A stretch of DNA of 64,000 nt, taken from NCBI GenBank assembly GCA_965220975.1, contig OZ244855.1:2384967-2448966 (forward strand). Direction: 5' to 3'. The DNA comes from Candidatus Poriferihabitans sp. (GTDB lineage: Bacteria > Pseudomonadota > Gammaproteobacteria > Arenicellales > Poriferihabitantaceae). A program made the translations under genes and the position numbers. Shown here one piece after another: positions 18,259-27,896 of this stretch; the stretch's first letter is position 1; each line of letters starts with the position of its first letter. The notes under the pieces were generated by a model. It saw nothing but the letters and a program-made list of their open reading frames with translations. It was not told the DNA's origin and did not search any database.

Positions 18259-19872
18259 TTAATTTTGCTTGGTGCAGTTGGAACCTCGGCATTCGGCACC
18301 GAATGCCCCGGAGACCTGCCCGCCATCGGCAGCAGTGCCAACCCCGGACTGGAAGGTACCGACCAGACCATAGGGCGCAAAGTGATGTCCGTTTGACTGT
18401 CTCTCCGGTGCGACATTTCCATAGAATTGCGCGTTGAATGTATCGCCCTTGTCGCTTGCCCCTCCATCTGTAATATCCCCGGACAATTTGACTTCCCATG
18501 CGGAGTCCGGATCAGCTCCCGTTCCGGTCACCTTCTTGAAATTGCCAATCGTTCCGGAAAGGGTATCTTTGCCAGAGCCGGCGAATTTCGCTTCAAAGTT
18601 GGCATCCGCAGTAAATTCCCCGAAACCGGTTGCCACCCTGTCATCGTTGTCATCGGTCATGGTTCGGACATACAGGCCGGCAGCTCCACCGCTGTACGTT
18701 GCGGTCAGCACACCATCACCAGATAGAACGATGTCGCGGGTTTCTTGGTATTTTCTACCGCCACCGGCAAACAGATCAACCTGTATGGAAGTTACTTCAT
18801 TCTTGTCAGTGACGTCGGTGTTCCAGTACAAGCCGAAATTCAGGAAGTTGGGATTCTGCAACTTGGCCCATTTCGCGTCAACCTTGGTTGTTTCACTGAA
18901 ATTGGTTGGATGGAATGTAATGCCACTAACATTCTCCGCATTTATCGGAAGGGCTGTTCTTTGTGCGGGATTAGTAGGGTCAGCTCGTTCTCTATTATTA
19001 TCATTAAGCACAAATGCTGAACCACTCGGAAGGACAAATGTCCCCGGAACATCAACGAAGTCGCCTTTCAGTTCCCATCTACCATTATCAGAATTATTAT
19101 CAGGCGTATCAGGATCATAATCTGCATTCCATGTCCATGATTCGGTAAAGAAGTCGGAAGGAACCGCATCAACATTGAAAGATCCCCTTGCTGCAGGGGT
19201 GCCCGTAGGATGTAATGAAACCACGCCCGTAGCAGCAACAACGCCACTACTGCCTATAAGAGGCACACCCTTACCATTACCTGTGAAAAACGCAATATAG
19301 TTCTGGCTCAAGTAAACCTCGTTTTCAGTCCAGTAGCGTATGTCCTGTATCCGGCCGGATGATCCTGCCGGGTTGGGGATATGGTGACTGTTGCCAGTCC
19401 AGCCCCCAATGTTGGGACCCGTACCGCTTGGACCGTCTTCCCAGGTTTCGCTATTCGCAAGTTCCGCGGTCATCTCGCTAATGTGACTGCTTGTTAATGG
19501 CAATGCCTCGCTGCCTTCAATGGCATCCAGAAGTTCATCAGCCTGCGTTTTTTCAAGACCGGCCAGGGCCGTTGCTCCAGCGGGGGCAAATTCACCTTTT
19601 CTGGTTTCGGCTTCGTCCTCGAGAGCAGCTAGTTCAGCGCCACTGATTCCGCCATCTTTGGCTTCTTGTATGGCAGCGTCAACACAGTCAGCGTCCCCGC
19701 AATCTTTAATTTTCATGCTGATTGATTCTTTGGTAACCGGGTCACCGCCGCCGTTGTCGCCGCCACCTTCGCCACCGCCAGTTCCGCTGCCAGTGCTTGA
19801 ACTTCCGCCCCCGCAACCGGCGATGGCCAGCATTGCGGCCAAAAGTGCCGCCATAAAAATGTTCTGTTTCAT
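18259..19872 (-). CDS. surface-lipoprotein candidate with TbpB-like C-terminal barrel (SLP b)
   Basis: The lipobox is MKQNIFMAALLAAMLAIAGC, followed by a Gly-rich linker. The C-terminus reads TATYSGGAAGLY...FTADANFEAKF...LSGTIGNF...WEVKL...FYG...VSGAFGAE. Confidence 0.75.
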   Translation of the reverse strand: MKQNIFMAALLAAMLAIAGCGGGSSSTGSGTGGGEGGGDNGGGDPVTKESISMKIKDCGDADCVDAAIQEAKDGGISGAELAALEDEAETRKGEFAPAGATALAGLEKTQADELLDAIEGSEALPLTSSHISEMTAELANSETWEDGPSGTGPNIGGWTGNSHHIPNPAGSSGRIQDIRYWTENEVYLSQNYIAFFTGNGKGVPLIGSSGVVAATGVVSLHPTGTPAARGSFNVDAVPSDFFTESWTWNADYDPDTPDNNSDNGRWELKGDFVDVPGTFVLPSGSAFVLNDNNRERADPTNPAQRTALPINAENVSGITFHPTNFSETTKVDAKWAKLQNPNFLNFGLYWNTDVTDKNEVTSIQVDLFAGGGRKYQETRDIVLSGDGVLTATYSGGAAGLYVRTMTDDNDDRVATGFGEFTADANFEAKFAGSGKDTLSGTIGNFKKVTGTGADPDSAWEVKLSGDITDGGASDKGDTFNAQFYGNVAPERQSNGHHFAPYGLVGTFQSGVGTAADGGQVSGAFGAECRGSNCTKQN

Positions 19873-19902
19873 TTCGTCAAATTCCTCTTAATCAATATCG
19901 GG

Positions 19903-20943
19903 TTAGAAGTCGTAGCGGATGCCGACATAGTGCGTGACGGTTTCCGTTGTTGCATCGTCCACGTCGTCCTTGTCATGATCCTCGGATGCTCCTTCGTACC
20001 AGAATTGCAGTCCACCGCCCACGTTGTAGTAGATGCCGGCCATTACCCTGCTTGGCTCCTTTCCGCTCCCTTCCTTGACTTCCTTGCCTTTGTCGGTGCT
20101 GACATCGGCCTGCGCGTAGCCCAGCCATCCGGAAATCTGATCGGTGAAGCTTGCGCCGACATAGCCCGCCACAAACTCCTTGTCGGCCTGCGTCACGCCC
20201 TTCATGTCTTCTGCTTCATGGTTTGACCAGGCCAGTGAACCCCAGAACTGACCCAGGGACACCTTTGCCGAAACGCCCGCACGTGCATGGTCAAGCCCCA
20301 TGACGGCATCGGTTGCATCCTTGACTATGACCATGTCTTCATCTTCGTTGAGACCCGGCATTTTTTTCATTGCGGCGGTTACTGCAAGGTCGGTCTGGTC
20401 ATCGGCATCAAACGCCGCTGCAAACGACACGTTTTCGGTTGCGTCAATGCTTATGCCAACGCCCCCGCCATTGCCGGTCAGGTTGTTTTCGGTCGAATCG
20501 CTAAACCGCAGATCGGCTTCCAGAGACAACGGACCAACCGAATTTGAATACTTGATCGTGTTCGGTGCCCGATAGGGGGTCGCTCCTTCAACGGGTCCGA
20601 TCGTCCAGGTCGGATCCATGTGCGCGCCGGTGCTGTTGTAGAAGGCAGTCCACTGGTTGCCTACATCAACCCGCCCGAAACCGCCGGAAATGCCTGCGGT
20701 CGCGATGCGGGTGCTGGCAATGCCATCCGCAGCCTTGTCGGTACTGGTCGCAAACTCGTACCGGCCATGAGCGGTCAGGCCATTGCCGAGATCGGAATGC
20801 GCCTTGACGCCGAAACGCGATCCGACAGTTGCCATGTCGGTCGTTGAATCGCCCGTATCCTGAAACTGAAGCGCGTTGTTGATCCGACCGTACACGGTCA
20901 CCTCCGCCTGCACCCCAACCGGTATCATCACCGCGGCAGACAC
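19903..20943 (-). CDS. porin paralog b, lacking start codon and n-region
   Basis: Porin hallmarks are present (TVYGRINNALQF, GSRFGVKAHSDLGNGL, C-terminal GIRYDF). The upstream frame is stop-CGQICCTDDFPAEA-VSAAVMIPVGVQA with no ATG. Confidence 0.8.
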   Translation of the reverse strand: MSAAVMIPVGVQAEVTVYGRINNALQFQDTGDSTTDMATVGSRFGVKAHSDLGNGLTAHGRYEFATSTDKAADGIASTRIATAGISGGFGRVDVGNQWTAFYNSTGAHMDPTWTIGPVEGATPYRAPNTIKYSNSVGPLSLEADLRFSDSTENNLTGNGGGVGISIDATENVSFAAAFDADDQTDLAVTAAMKKMPGLNEDEDMVIVKDATDAVMGLDHARAGVSAKVSLGQFWGSLAWSNHEAEDMKGVTQADKEFVAGYVGASFTDQISGWLGYAQADVSTDKGKEVKEGSGKEPSRVMAGIYYNVGGGLQFWYEGASEDHDKDDVDDATTETVTHYVGIRYDF

Positions 20944-20953
20944 TGCCTCTGCC
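20921..20953 (-). repeat. dyad core site b
   Basis: The reverse complement reads GGCAGAGGCAGTGTCTGCCGCGGTGATGATACC. Confidence 0.8.
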
Positions 20954-21127
20954 GGGAAGTCGTCAGTGCAGCAGATCTGACCGCATCAGGAGATGTTCAA
21001 TTGCCCGATGCCTTCAGCAATTCGCAGACCAGGGCCTGTGTCTCCAGCAGTTGAGCTTGTGGTGGCTGTTCGAGAGGGCAACCATGCCCGGGCAGACAGG
21101 GACAGTGTTGCGCTTCGGACTTGAACC
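20954..21127 (-). repeat. conserved leader L upstream of porin b
   Basis: It is the reverse complement of the leader at 14323-14497. Its distal end overlaps repeat copy B. Confidence 0.8.
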
Positions 21128-21727
21128 CGGTCGAGTACAAGCTTTGACCTGTTCAAGATTGTCCGGGTTCCATGGCATGTTGCCCTTCTTGCACGAAAGC
21201 TGTACGGGGTTGCCGTCAACCTTTGCCAATCGATTTTGCGGGCACTGAACACGCAATTCAAGGGACTGGACTTGCAAATCTGTCCGGCAAATGGTGTACA
21301 ATGGAAGGCATGGCAGAACCCGCCAACCACGAACTATCGGAACGGATCGCCGTTCTGGAGGAACGCATGAAGACACTGCAGTCCGACCTTCAGGGAACGC
21401 TCGAGCGTTTCCGGGCCGACATGGCCGACTGGAAAACCGACATGGCCGACTGGAAAACCGACATGGCCAAGCGGGAAAACCGGCTGCTTCTCGCGATTCT
21501 CGGCGGGATCGCAGTAGCTACTGCGGTACTGGGCGTGTTGATCGCCGGCATCCCTGCGGCATGAAACTCACTGCTGCTAGCACCGCCTGCGAAGCAGGCG
21601 GCGCAACCGGTCCATCTTCCGATATCCGGCAAGCCGGAACTGCGGATGCTCCAGTCTCGATCCCGTGATCGACATGCTTCAACCCCTCTGATCCGGCCCG
21701 CAGTGTTGCACTTCGGACTTGAACTCA
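21084..21727 (+). repeat. 644-bp repeat, copy B (inverted partner of 11161-11784)
   Basis: The content matches copy A plus a 21-bp tandem duplication. It ends at ...CTTCGGACTTGAACTCA, exactly as copy A does. Confidence 0.85.
21301..21564 (+). CDS. small coiled-coil/TM protein, copy B (87 aa)
   Basis: It matches copy A apart from one substitution (EPANH versus EPTNH) and a duplicated ADWKTDM heptad. Confidence 0.45.
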   Translation: MEGMAEPANHELSERIAVLEERMKTLQSDLQGTLERFRADMADWKTDMADWKTDMAKRENRLLLAILGGIAVATAVLGVLIAGIPAA

Positions 21728-21857
21728 GGAAGGTTTAACGTGCGATACTTGAGGTCTGGAGAAGAACGGCGCCTATTTTCACAAGTACTAGAATGGCACC
21801 CAGATTCGCCCATTGATGTTGTCGCCAGTGCCACTTGAGCTTCTGTGTCCTGCCAAG

Positions 21858-23257
21858 GAGTTATGGTCGAAAGTAGTGCGTGGGCGGAAAGGGGGGTTGA
21901 AAAAAGCGGCGTAACCGGATTAACTAACAAATTTCAAAAACCGTTAACCAAGAGGTACGCCACTATGAGAGATGATAACATTATTGACTATTCAAAAATC
22001 GGCAAGTTCAAGGATGAATTGACCGCGATTCTGCGCGAGGGTGCCCGTCGGCTGCTGCAGGTGGCAGTGGAAGCCGAGCTGGGCGAGTTCCTGAAGCAGT
22101 ATGAAGACCGCCGCACCGAACAGAATCTCCGGCTGGTGGTGCGCAGTGGCCATCATCCGGAGCGCTCGATCCAGACCGGGATCGGCTCGGTCCCGGTGCG
22201 GATTCCGAAGGTTCGTTCCAACGACGGCAAGCCGGTGACCTTCCGCTCGTCGGTGGTTCCGTCGTATGTGCGCAAGAGTCGCACGCTGGAGGCCTGGGTG
22301 CCCTGGCTGTACCTGAAGGGGGTCAGCACCGGCGAGATGGCCGGCGTGCTGTCCGGGCTGCTGGGGAAGCAGGCGAAGGGGTTCTCGCCGTCAGTGGTCA
22401 AGCGTCTCAAGCGGGTCTGGCTGGACGAGAGGAAGGAGTGGACGCAGCGTGACCTGAGCCAGGACCGGTGGGTGTACGTCTGGGCGGACGGGGTGTACAG
22501 CGGTCTCCGCAACGAGGAGACGAAGCTCTGCTGCCTGGTGGTGATCGGCGTGGACGACCAGGGCCGGAAGTCGATTCTGGCCATCGAGGACGGGGTGCGC
22601 GAGTCCACCCTGAGCTGGCAGGACGTGCTGCTGGACCTGAAGAGCCGGGGCATGAACGCTCCGAAACTGGCGATCGGGGACGGTGCCATGGGGTTCTGGT
22701 CGGCACTCGACCGGGTCTATCCGGAGGCCCGGCACCAGCGTTGCTGGGTGCACAAGACCGCCAACGTGCTGGCCGCCATGCCGAAGGCCATCCATCCCAA
22801 GGTGAAGTCGGCACTGCAGCAGATCTGGATGGCGGAGACCCGGAACCATGCCGACCGGGCCTTCGACCGTTTCCTGGCCCGCTACCAGGACAAGTATCCC
22901 AAGGCCGCAGTGAAGCTGATCGAGGATCGCAAGGAGCTGATGAACTTCTTCGACTTCCCGGCCGAGCACTGGCAGAGCATTCGCACCACCAACCCGATCG
23001 AGTCGACCTTTGCCACGATCCGCCACCGGACCCGGACGACCCGGGGCTACCTGAGCCGCGACACCATGCTCGACATGATGTTCAAGCTCGGACAGTGCGC
23101 GGAATCCCGCTGGCGAAGGCTGCGCGGGTTCCGCAGGCTCGGACAGGTCATCGAGGGAGTGCAGTTCAAGGATGGAATTGAGGTACAATCAGACCAGAAA
23201 ACGGTAGCCGCTGGATGAACCCCTTTCCGCCCCGCGCACTACTTTCGACCATAACTC
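21858..23257 (+). mobile_element. IS256-family insertion sequence, copy 2 (1400 bp)
   Basis: The terminal inverted repeats match copy 1. An 8-bp direct repeat CTGCCAAG flanks both ends (21850-21857 and 23258-23265). Confidence 0.9.
21965..23218 (+). CDS. IS256-family transposase
   Basis: The 417-aa protein differs from copy 1 at two visible residues (VVPSYV versus VVPPYV, and TRGYLS versus TRGCLS). Confidence 0.9.
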   Translation: MRDDNIIDYSKIGKFKDELTAILREGARRLLQVAVEAELGEFLKQYEDRRTEQNLRLVVRSGHHPERSIQTGIGSVPVRIPKVRSNDGKPVTFRSSVVPSYVRKSRTLEAWVPWLYLKGVSTGEMAGVLSGLLGKQAKGFSPSVVKRLKRVWLDERKEWTQRDLSQDRWVYVWADGVYSGLRNEETKLCCLVVIGVDDQGRKSILAIEDGVRESTLSWQDVLLDLKSRGMNAPKLAIGDGAMGFWSALDRVYPEARHQRCWVHKTANVLAAMPKAIHPKVKSALQQIWMAETRNHADRAFDRFLARYQDKYPKAAVKLIEDRKELMNFFDFPAEHWQSIRTTNPIESTFATIRHRTRTTRGYLSRDTMLDMMFKLGQCAESRWRRLRGFRRLGQVIEGVQFKDGIEVQSDQKTVAAG

Positions 23258-23452
23258 CTGCCAAGTCGGACTAATTCCTACAAGAGGACGAAATTACCTC
23301 GTCTCCAGCATAAACAGACGACCATTACCCTGCCACTGGACTCATCTTGCCAAACTTGATCAGAAAAATTACTTATAGCAAGGCAGGCGTGGAGACATGA
23401 AAGAGCAATAACAATAATGAACCTGTAGACAACTTTCCCAATCAATTGCAGA

Positions 23453-23908
23453 TTACCCAACTCCACACTTTCGTCTGTTCAAAAAGTTACGTATCTTATG
23501 CTTGGAATCATGTGGATATATTGCTCTTTTTTTCCTTGACACGGAGGGAAGCACTTTCAAAAAATCTGATTTCAAGTCTTGATCGGCTGTGCATAATACA
23601 CGCACTTCGCTCGCAAAGGCTAGTTCAAGAACATGTTGGTCATTGGAATGAAACTGTAACTGTAGATCCTTCAGTTTTTTTGATGCTGCGTTTAATGAAT
23701 CTTCGCTGACCACTTGTGCAGATATCCTCCTTTGTTCAGTATAAAAGGCTAGAATTTTCTCGTTGTTTTTTAACTCTTTCCAGAATTGACCAGATTTTGT
23801 ATAAACGATAATGCCATCGCCTTTGTTAACCCATTTTCGCCAATCCTTCATCTCATCACTAGCAAAACGTGAATACAAACTTGTGTCTAGAATTGTCTTG
23901 ATACACAT
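23453..23908 (-). CDS. PIN-domain protein
   Basis: The acidic residues are in PIN-like positions: ILDTS near the N-terminus, SNDQHVLELA, and LCTADQDL. Confidence 0.5.
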   Translation of the reverse strand: MCIKTILDTSLYSRFASDEMKDWRKWVNKGDGIIVYTKSGQFWKELKNNEKILAFYTEQRRISAQVVSEDSLNAASKKLKDLQLQFHSNDQHVLELAFASEVRVLCTADQDLKSDFLKVLPSVSRKKRAIYPHDSKHKIRNFLNRRKCGVG

Positions 23909-23994
23909 GAATCAACTCTCCTAGTGATTTTGAAAAGACATCTACCTATTAACACTCTCAATCTTAATTATTCGATTATTAGCGAGAAATTCTC

Positions 23995-25248
23995 TCAGGA
24001 GTCAAGACCTAACAAATCGTTTGTTTCTCGCTTAAAAAAATCACGATAACCCTTAGGTGCCCCCAGCACATTGCCAGATTTGTCGATATTCATACTATGA
24101 ATAACACTACTTTTACCGTTGTCTGTAGGCTGAAAATACAAAATTGACAGATCTTCAGGTTTCAATTCCCCGCGCATAACACAGATTTGAAACCGATCTA
24201 AAAAATGGTCGCTATGTGTTTCAATTATGCAACTTTTCTCATTTTCAACTATAAATTGTGCAAGGCAAGCTTGAGATTCTGGATGCAGATGAACTTCAGG
24301 ATGCTGCATCAAAAAAACCGTATTCTCGGGTTTTTCGTAAAATGCGTTTGCCCATGGAATAACACTATAGATACCGTATCCCATATCCTGTAAATTATGC
24401 TTGCCAGCCTTTGTATGAACTATCACTTCAAACTGTTGGTTACTAGCTTCTATATGAATGTCTTCCCATAACTTTAAACTTCTACCAAAACTCGAGAGGA
24501 ATTTGCTATCTATAGTATCAGTATCGATCAATTTATTAGGACGACTCTCGTAAAATCTTTGGAGCGGCGTAGGTTGCATTGTTACAGGCATAAATACCCC
24601 AAATGCTGGCTCAGGCAACAAAGGCAACTCGACCCTAAGGAAATTGATAAACTTGCTAAAGGCTTCAACATCTTCGTCTTTATGACCTTGAAGTTTGAAT
24701 AATTTTGGATCCGCATTGTACGGAAGATGTCCATGCTTAATTGCACGTGAAAGCCAGGTTGAAATCTGAGAATGGGAAATCGCAGATCGGCTTAAGGAGA
24801 GACGAAAACCAGGAGTTTCAAATGACAAGTAAGGATTATGATGGTCATGTATAGAAATCTCAATTTGGCTTTCTTCCCAGCCTAACAAAATCCTCTTTTC
24901 TCTCGGATAACCGCTAGGCAAATGGTAACCGATTGGCGAACGATCAAAATCAAATCGCACCTTTTGATGACAATGATTGGCAAAAACACCCTCAAGGGAA
25001 AATGTATCGGATTTTGTTCGCGCGATAGTATTGAAATCTCCCATTGACAGAGGACTCAAATCAAAATAGTTGCGGTCATCAAGCTGGTGTAAGTTAGCAA
25101 GCTGAATTAACGCCTTATAACAACCGATGAAGGTGGATTTCCCGGAGCTATTGGGGCCGACTAAAAGAGTAACTCTGGCCAAATTTCCAGACTGTTCACC
25201 CGCAAAACATCGTACATCCCGAAGTTTAAGTTCAATCATTTTAGCCAT
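23995..25248 (-). CDS. ABC/RecF-like AAA ATPase (AAA_15/DUF3696-like)
   Basis: Walker A is GPNSSGKST. The Walker B/D-loop region is VFLMQHPEVHLHPESQ, followed by IIETHSDHF. Confidence 0.7.
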   Translation of the reverse strand: MAKMIELKLRDVRCFAGEQSGNLARVTLLVGPNSSGKSTFIGCYKALIQLANLHQLDDRNYFDLSPLSMGDFNTIARTKSDTFSLEGVFANHCHQKVRFDFDRSPIGYHLPSGYPREKRILLGWEESQIEISIHDHHNPYLSFETPGFRLSLSRSAISHSQISTWLSRAIKHGHLPYNADPKLFKLQGHKDEDVEAFSKFINFLRVELPLLPEPAFGVFMPVTMQPTPLQRFYESRPNKLIDTDTIDSKFLSSFGRSLKLWEDIHIEASNQQFEVIVHTKAGKHNLQDMGYGIYSVIPWANAFYEKPENTVFLMQHPEVHLHPESQACLAQFIVENEKSCIIETHSDHFLDRFQICVMRGELKPEDLSILYFQPTDNGKSSVIHSMNIDKSGNVLGAPKGYRDFFKRETNDLLGLDS

Positions 25249-25321
25249 TTAACACATTCTCTGAAATTTAATCGAAACCAGTAAACCAAGTATTACTATT
25301 TTTTAGCGGATCCTGTTGAGT

Positions 25322-26719
25322 CTAGACCTTATTGATGTATGGAAAGCAATAATGATCCCCGAGTGCTTCAGTTTTTTCTATAGAACAATTTTTATCACAG
25401 ACCTGATGCTTACGCTTTAGTTGATTAGGAATAAAAGTGTAATGCAGCTTACTTGCAGATGGAGGCCACCAATTTTCAGACATGATTAGTCTTATCATCT
25501 GAAGTACCATAAAACTTGCGAGATTGACACTAAATGGAAATACATTTTGATTTCTCGGCCCATTTTCCTGCTGTAAGTTGGCAACATAAGCCGGATCATC
25601 AAATGAACCATCTCGTTCTAAAACAACATCTGATGAGGTATACTGTCCATCGCATCGCAAGCAACGATGCCCAGGACCTACAGTAGTAACACTCCAAGAA
25701 GCTTGTCCCAGAGTTTCGTCGTCCTTGTTATCAACAAAAACACCACCAGAAATTACTGGTATGCAGTGTACATATGCGATACGGTTAATCACATCTTTTG
25801 GTAGCGGACGGTCTACAGCAGAAAATAATATGTCACAATCCAAAGCTGCAAGAAAGGCTGTTTCATTTTCTATGGGTTGTGCGTATGTCTGAACATCGAC
25901 TTGTTCAGCAGTACTGCTGTGACGGAGATGTTCAGATGCGACGTCTACCTTGTTTTGACCTACATGATCAATTCCTGCGTATAACAGACGATCAAGATTG
26001 TGTTCTTGAACTCTATCGTGATCAATCAAAATTAGTTGTCCTACTCCTATCCTTGCAAGAATCTCCGCAACCATGGTGCCTACACTACCCACCCCAACCA
26101 CTCCGATTCGAAGACGGACAAGGTTGTTTTGACAATGAAGCCCCCAAGTATCAAAAGTGCGTTGGAGAATTTTTCGACGTGGGGGAACGGGTACAGCATC
26201 ATCGTTGAACGTTACATGAAGACCTTTTCCCACTACACGAACTTTGTCACACCAAACACGATAAAACCGTTCTCCATTCCACATCCAGAGTCTTGCGCTC
26301 CAACTTTCATCAGTCCCAAGAGTAAGTCCAAGAAGTGGGAAACCAGTAACTCTAGCCAACGGTGAAATTCGGTCTCTTTCTGCAACAACATCAGGTCTAC
26401 TCATGTCCTGCCAGCCAGGTTTAAGATGGTTATGCATAAATACAAGACCAGCTTTTTTCTTGTAAGCAATACGAACCGCCCTCGTTAGGTAGTTAGCCGT
26501 AAAACTTACGTTTCCATGTAGCTTTCGCTCTCCAGAATTCGGCGGGATGATTTCATAGATAATTGAAGTCTTTCTTTTTGCGCCAGTACTTTGACGCCAA
26601 AGACCAAAACAAAGGTCTTCTTGAAGACTTCCTTGATAGAAGTGTTGCAACAATAGTTCTCGCGCTTGATCATGAACGTTAACTGGTATTGCAACTTCCT
26701 CTCTCATAACTGGCTCCAA
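25322..26719 (-). CDS. JAB (JAMM) deubiquitinase-like domain fused to an E1-like ThiF adenylyltransferase
   Basis: The N-terminal JAMM-type motif is FMHNHLKPGWQDMSRPD (HxH...SxxD). The central Rossmann segment is IGVVGVGSVGTMVAEILARIGVGQLILIDHDRV, and a CLRC zinc-type motif is present. Confidence 0.75.
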   Translation of the reverse strand: MEPVMREEVAIPVNVHDQARELLLQHFYQGSLQEDLCFGLWRQSTGAKRKTSIIYEIIPPNSGERKLHGNVSFTANYLTRAVRIAYKKKAGLVFMHNHLKPGWQDMSRPDVVAERDRISPLARVTGFPLLGLTLGTDESWSARLWMWNGERFYRVWCDKVRVVGKGLHVTFNDDAVPVPPRRKILQRTFDTWGLHCQNNLVRLRIGVVGVGSVGTMVAEILARIGVGQLILIDHDRVQEHNLDRLLYAGIDHVGQNKVDVASEHLRHSSTAEQVDVQTYAQPIENETAFLAALDCDILFSAVDRPLPKDVINRIAYVHCIPVISGGVFVDNKDDETLGQASWSVTTVGPGHRCLRCDGQYTSSDVVLERDGSFDDPAYVANLQQENGPRNQNVFPFSVNLASFMVLQMIRLIMSENWWPPSASKLHYTFIPNQLKRKHQVCDKNCSIEKTEALGDHYCFPYINKV

Positions 26720-27081
26720 AATCTGGCCAGGTGCCGATTAAGAAAAGTCTTCATGTTCTTTTCGTCGACTGCCAGCATGTCCCAAAAATCGCTTGGCGGC
26801 ACACTGAAAACCTTCCAGTTCGAGCCATTATGAGTGAATTCGCTATGGTGATGTATCTTGCTGTCAGGCAAACACTCGATACAAATCCAGTGTGGTGGAT
26901 ACTCTGGATATGTATCCTCCTGAAATCCGATACCTAAATTAAAAACTTGTCCGCGATAGCGACCTGATTGAACGAGATACTCAATTACAACCAGAGGATA
27001 TTGAAAATCATACGGCTTAAATTCTTTGACATTTAACCCGAACTCCTCCAGTTCTACCAATATTTTTTTCAGTATTTGCAT
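26704..27081 (-). CDS. E2-like (UBC/RWD-fold) protein
   Basis: The 125-aa protein carries YPEYPPHWICIEC and overlaps both neighbouring genes (16 nt and 13 nt). The assignment rests on this motif and on its position in a Ubl-E2-E1 operon. Confidence 0.5.
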   Translation of the reverse strand: MQILKKILVELEEFGLNVKEFKPYDFQYPLVVIEYLVQSGRYRGQVFNLGIGFQEDTYPEYPPHWICIECLPDSKIHHHSEFTHNGSNWKVFSVPPSDFWDMLAVDEKNMKTFLNRHLARFWSQL

Positions 27082-27524
27082 GCAACGGGGGTCGCCCCAC
27101 GATGCACGGCGATAAATTTATCACCTTTATGCAACTTAACTTCTTCGTCCAATCGATCATATTTCTGCTCTGTTAGAAGATTTTCAAGGTAGTAGCTTTT
27201 CAGATCATTGACATCAATGCTGGCTGGTCTCCCAGCAATTTCAAGAATCTTTTCCACAGTCACAGGATTTACACTGGTTTTTTGTTCTTCACCGTTGACT
27301 TGATAGTCAACAACTAGATAATCCGTTCTTGAAGCAACCTTAAACTGGTCACCATCACAAATCAGTATGCTTTCATTTGGGTTACCATGTTTGATACCAT
27401 CTGGTGTTATTAACACGGCATCATAGACCGAATCATCAACTGCCTTCAAAAGGCTTTCGACGGTCTGATTTGGACTTTCAAAAGAGATAGTTTGGTCTTG
27501 GATACAGATATTTATCTTTGTCAT
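27069..27524 (-). CDS. ubiquitin-like (multiubiquitin-type, two beta-grasp units) protein
   Basis: The 151-aa protein has a GAGG RBS and is the first gene of the operon. Two repeated segments about 70 aa long have beta-grasp-like patterns (ICIQDQTISFESPNQTV... and VDYQVNGEEQKTSVNPVTV...). Confidence 0.5.
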   Translation of the reverse strand: MTKINICIQDQTISFESPNQTVESLLKAVDDSVYDAVLITPDGIKHGNPNESILICDGDQFKVASRTDYLVVDYQVNGEEQKTSVNPVTVEKILEIAGRPASIDVNDLKSYYLENLLTEQKYDRLDEEVKLHKGDKFIAVHRGATPVACKY

Positions 27525-27896
27525 TGCACTTTACCTCTACATTACCGTGAAACTGTTATCAAAAACCAAATAAAGGATTACGGAACATGCCATTTATTGT
27601 TGAATTTTCAACTTTCAAACTTTAATTTTATGTCATTACCATGCCACAGTTGTGAGTTTTCAGCCAAATCCGTCATGTCAAGTGAAAATAGGAGGTGGTA
27701 AATCTCTTTCGTTTATCACGGCAAACGACAGTCACAAATTGCTATGATAAAAGTGACCGTTCGGTAATGCAATAGTTTATTCCAAACTATCCTCATTTCT
27801 TCAATTTCGTCTACTCTAAAATGATAGGTAATTATTCGAACATTCCCTGTATCGAATAATGCTATTTGATCACAAAAAGCAACTCAGACAAGCTAT

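Noticed and set aside
2674-23257. A composite transposon formed by the two IS256 copies and carrying lgt, aprMBA and cassettes a and b.
   Set aside because: Each copy has its own matching 8-bp target duplication (TAGAGAGC and CTGCCAAG). The outer flanks do not match each other, and the enclosed genes include core housekeeping and energy genes.
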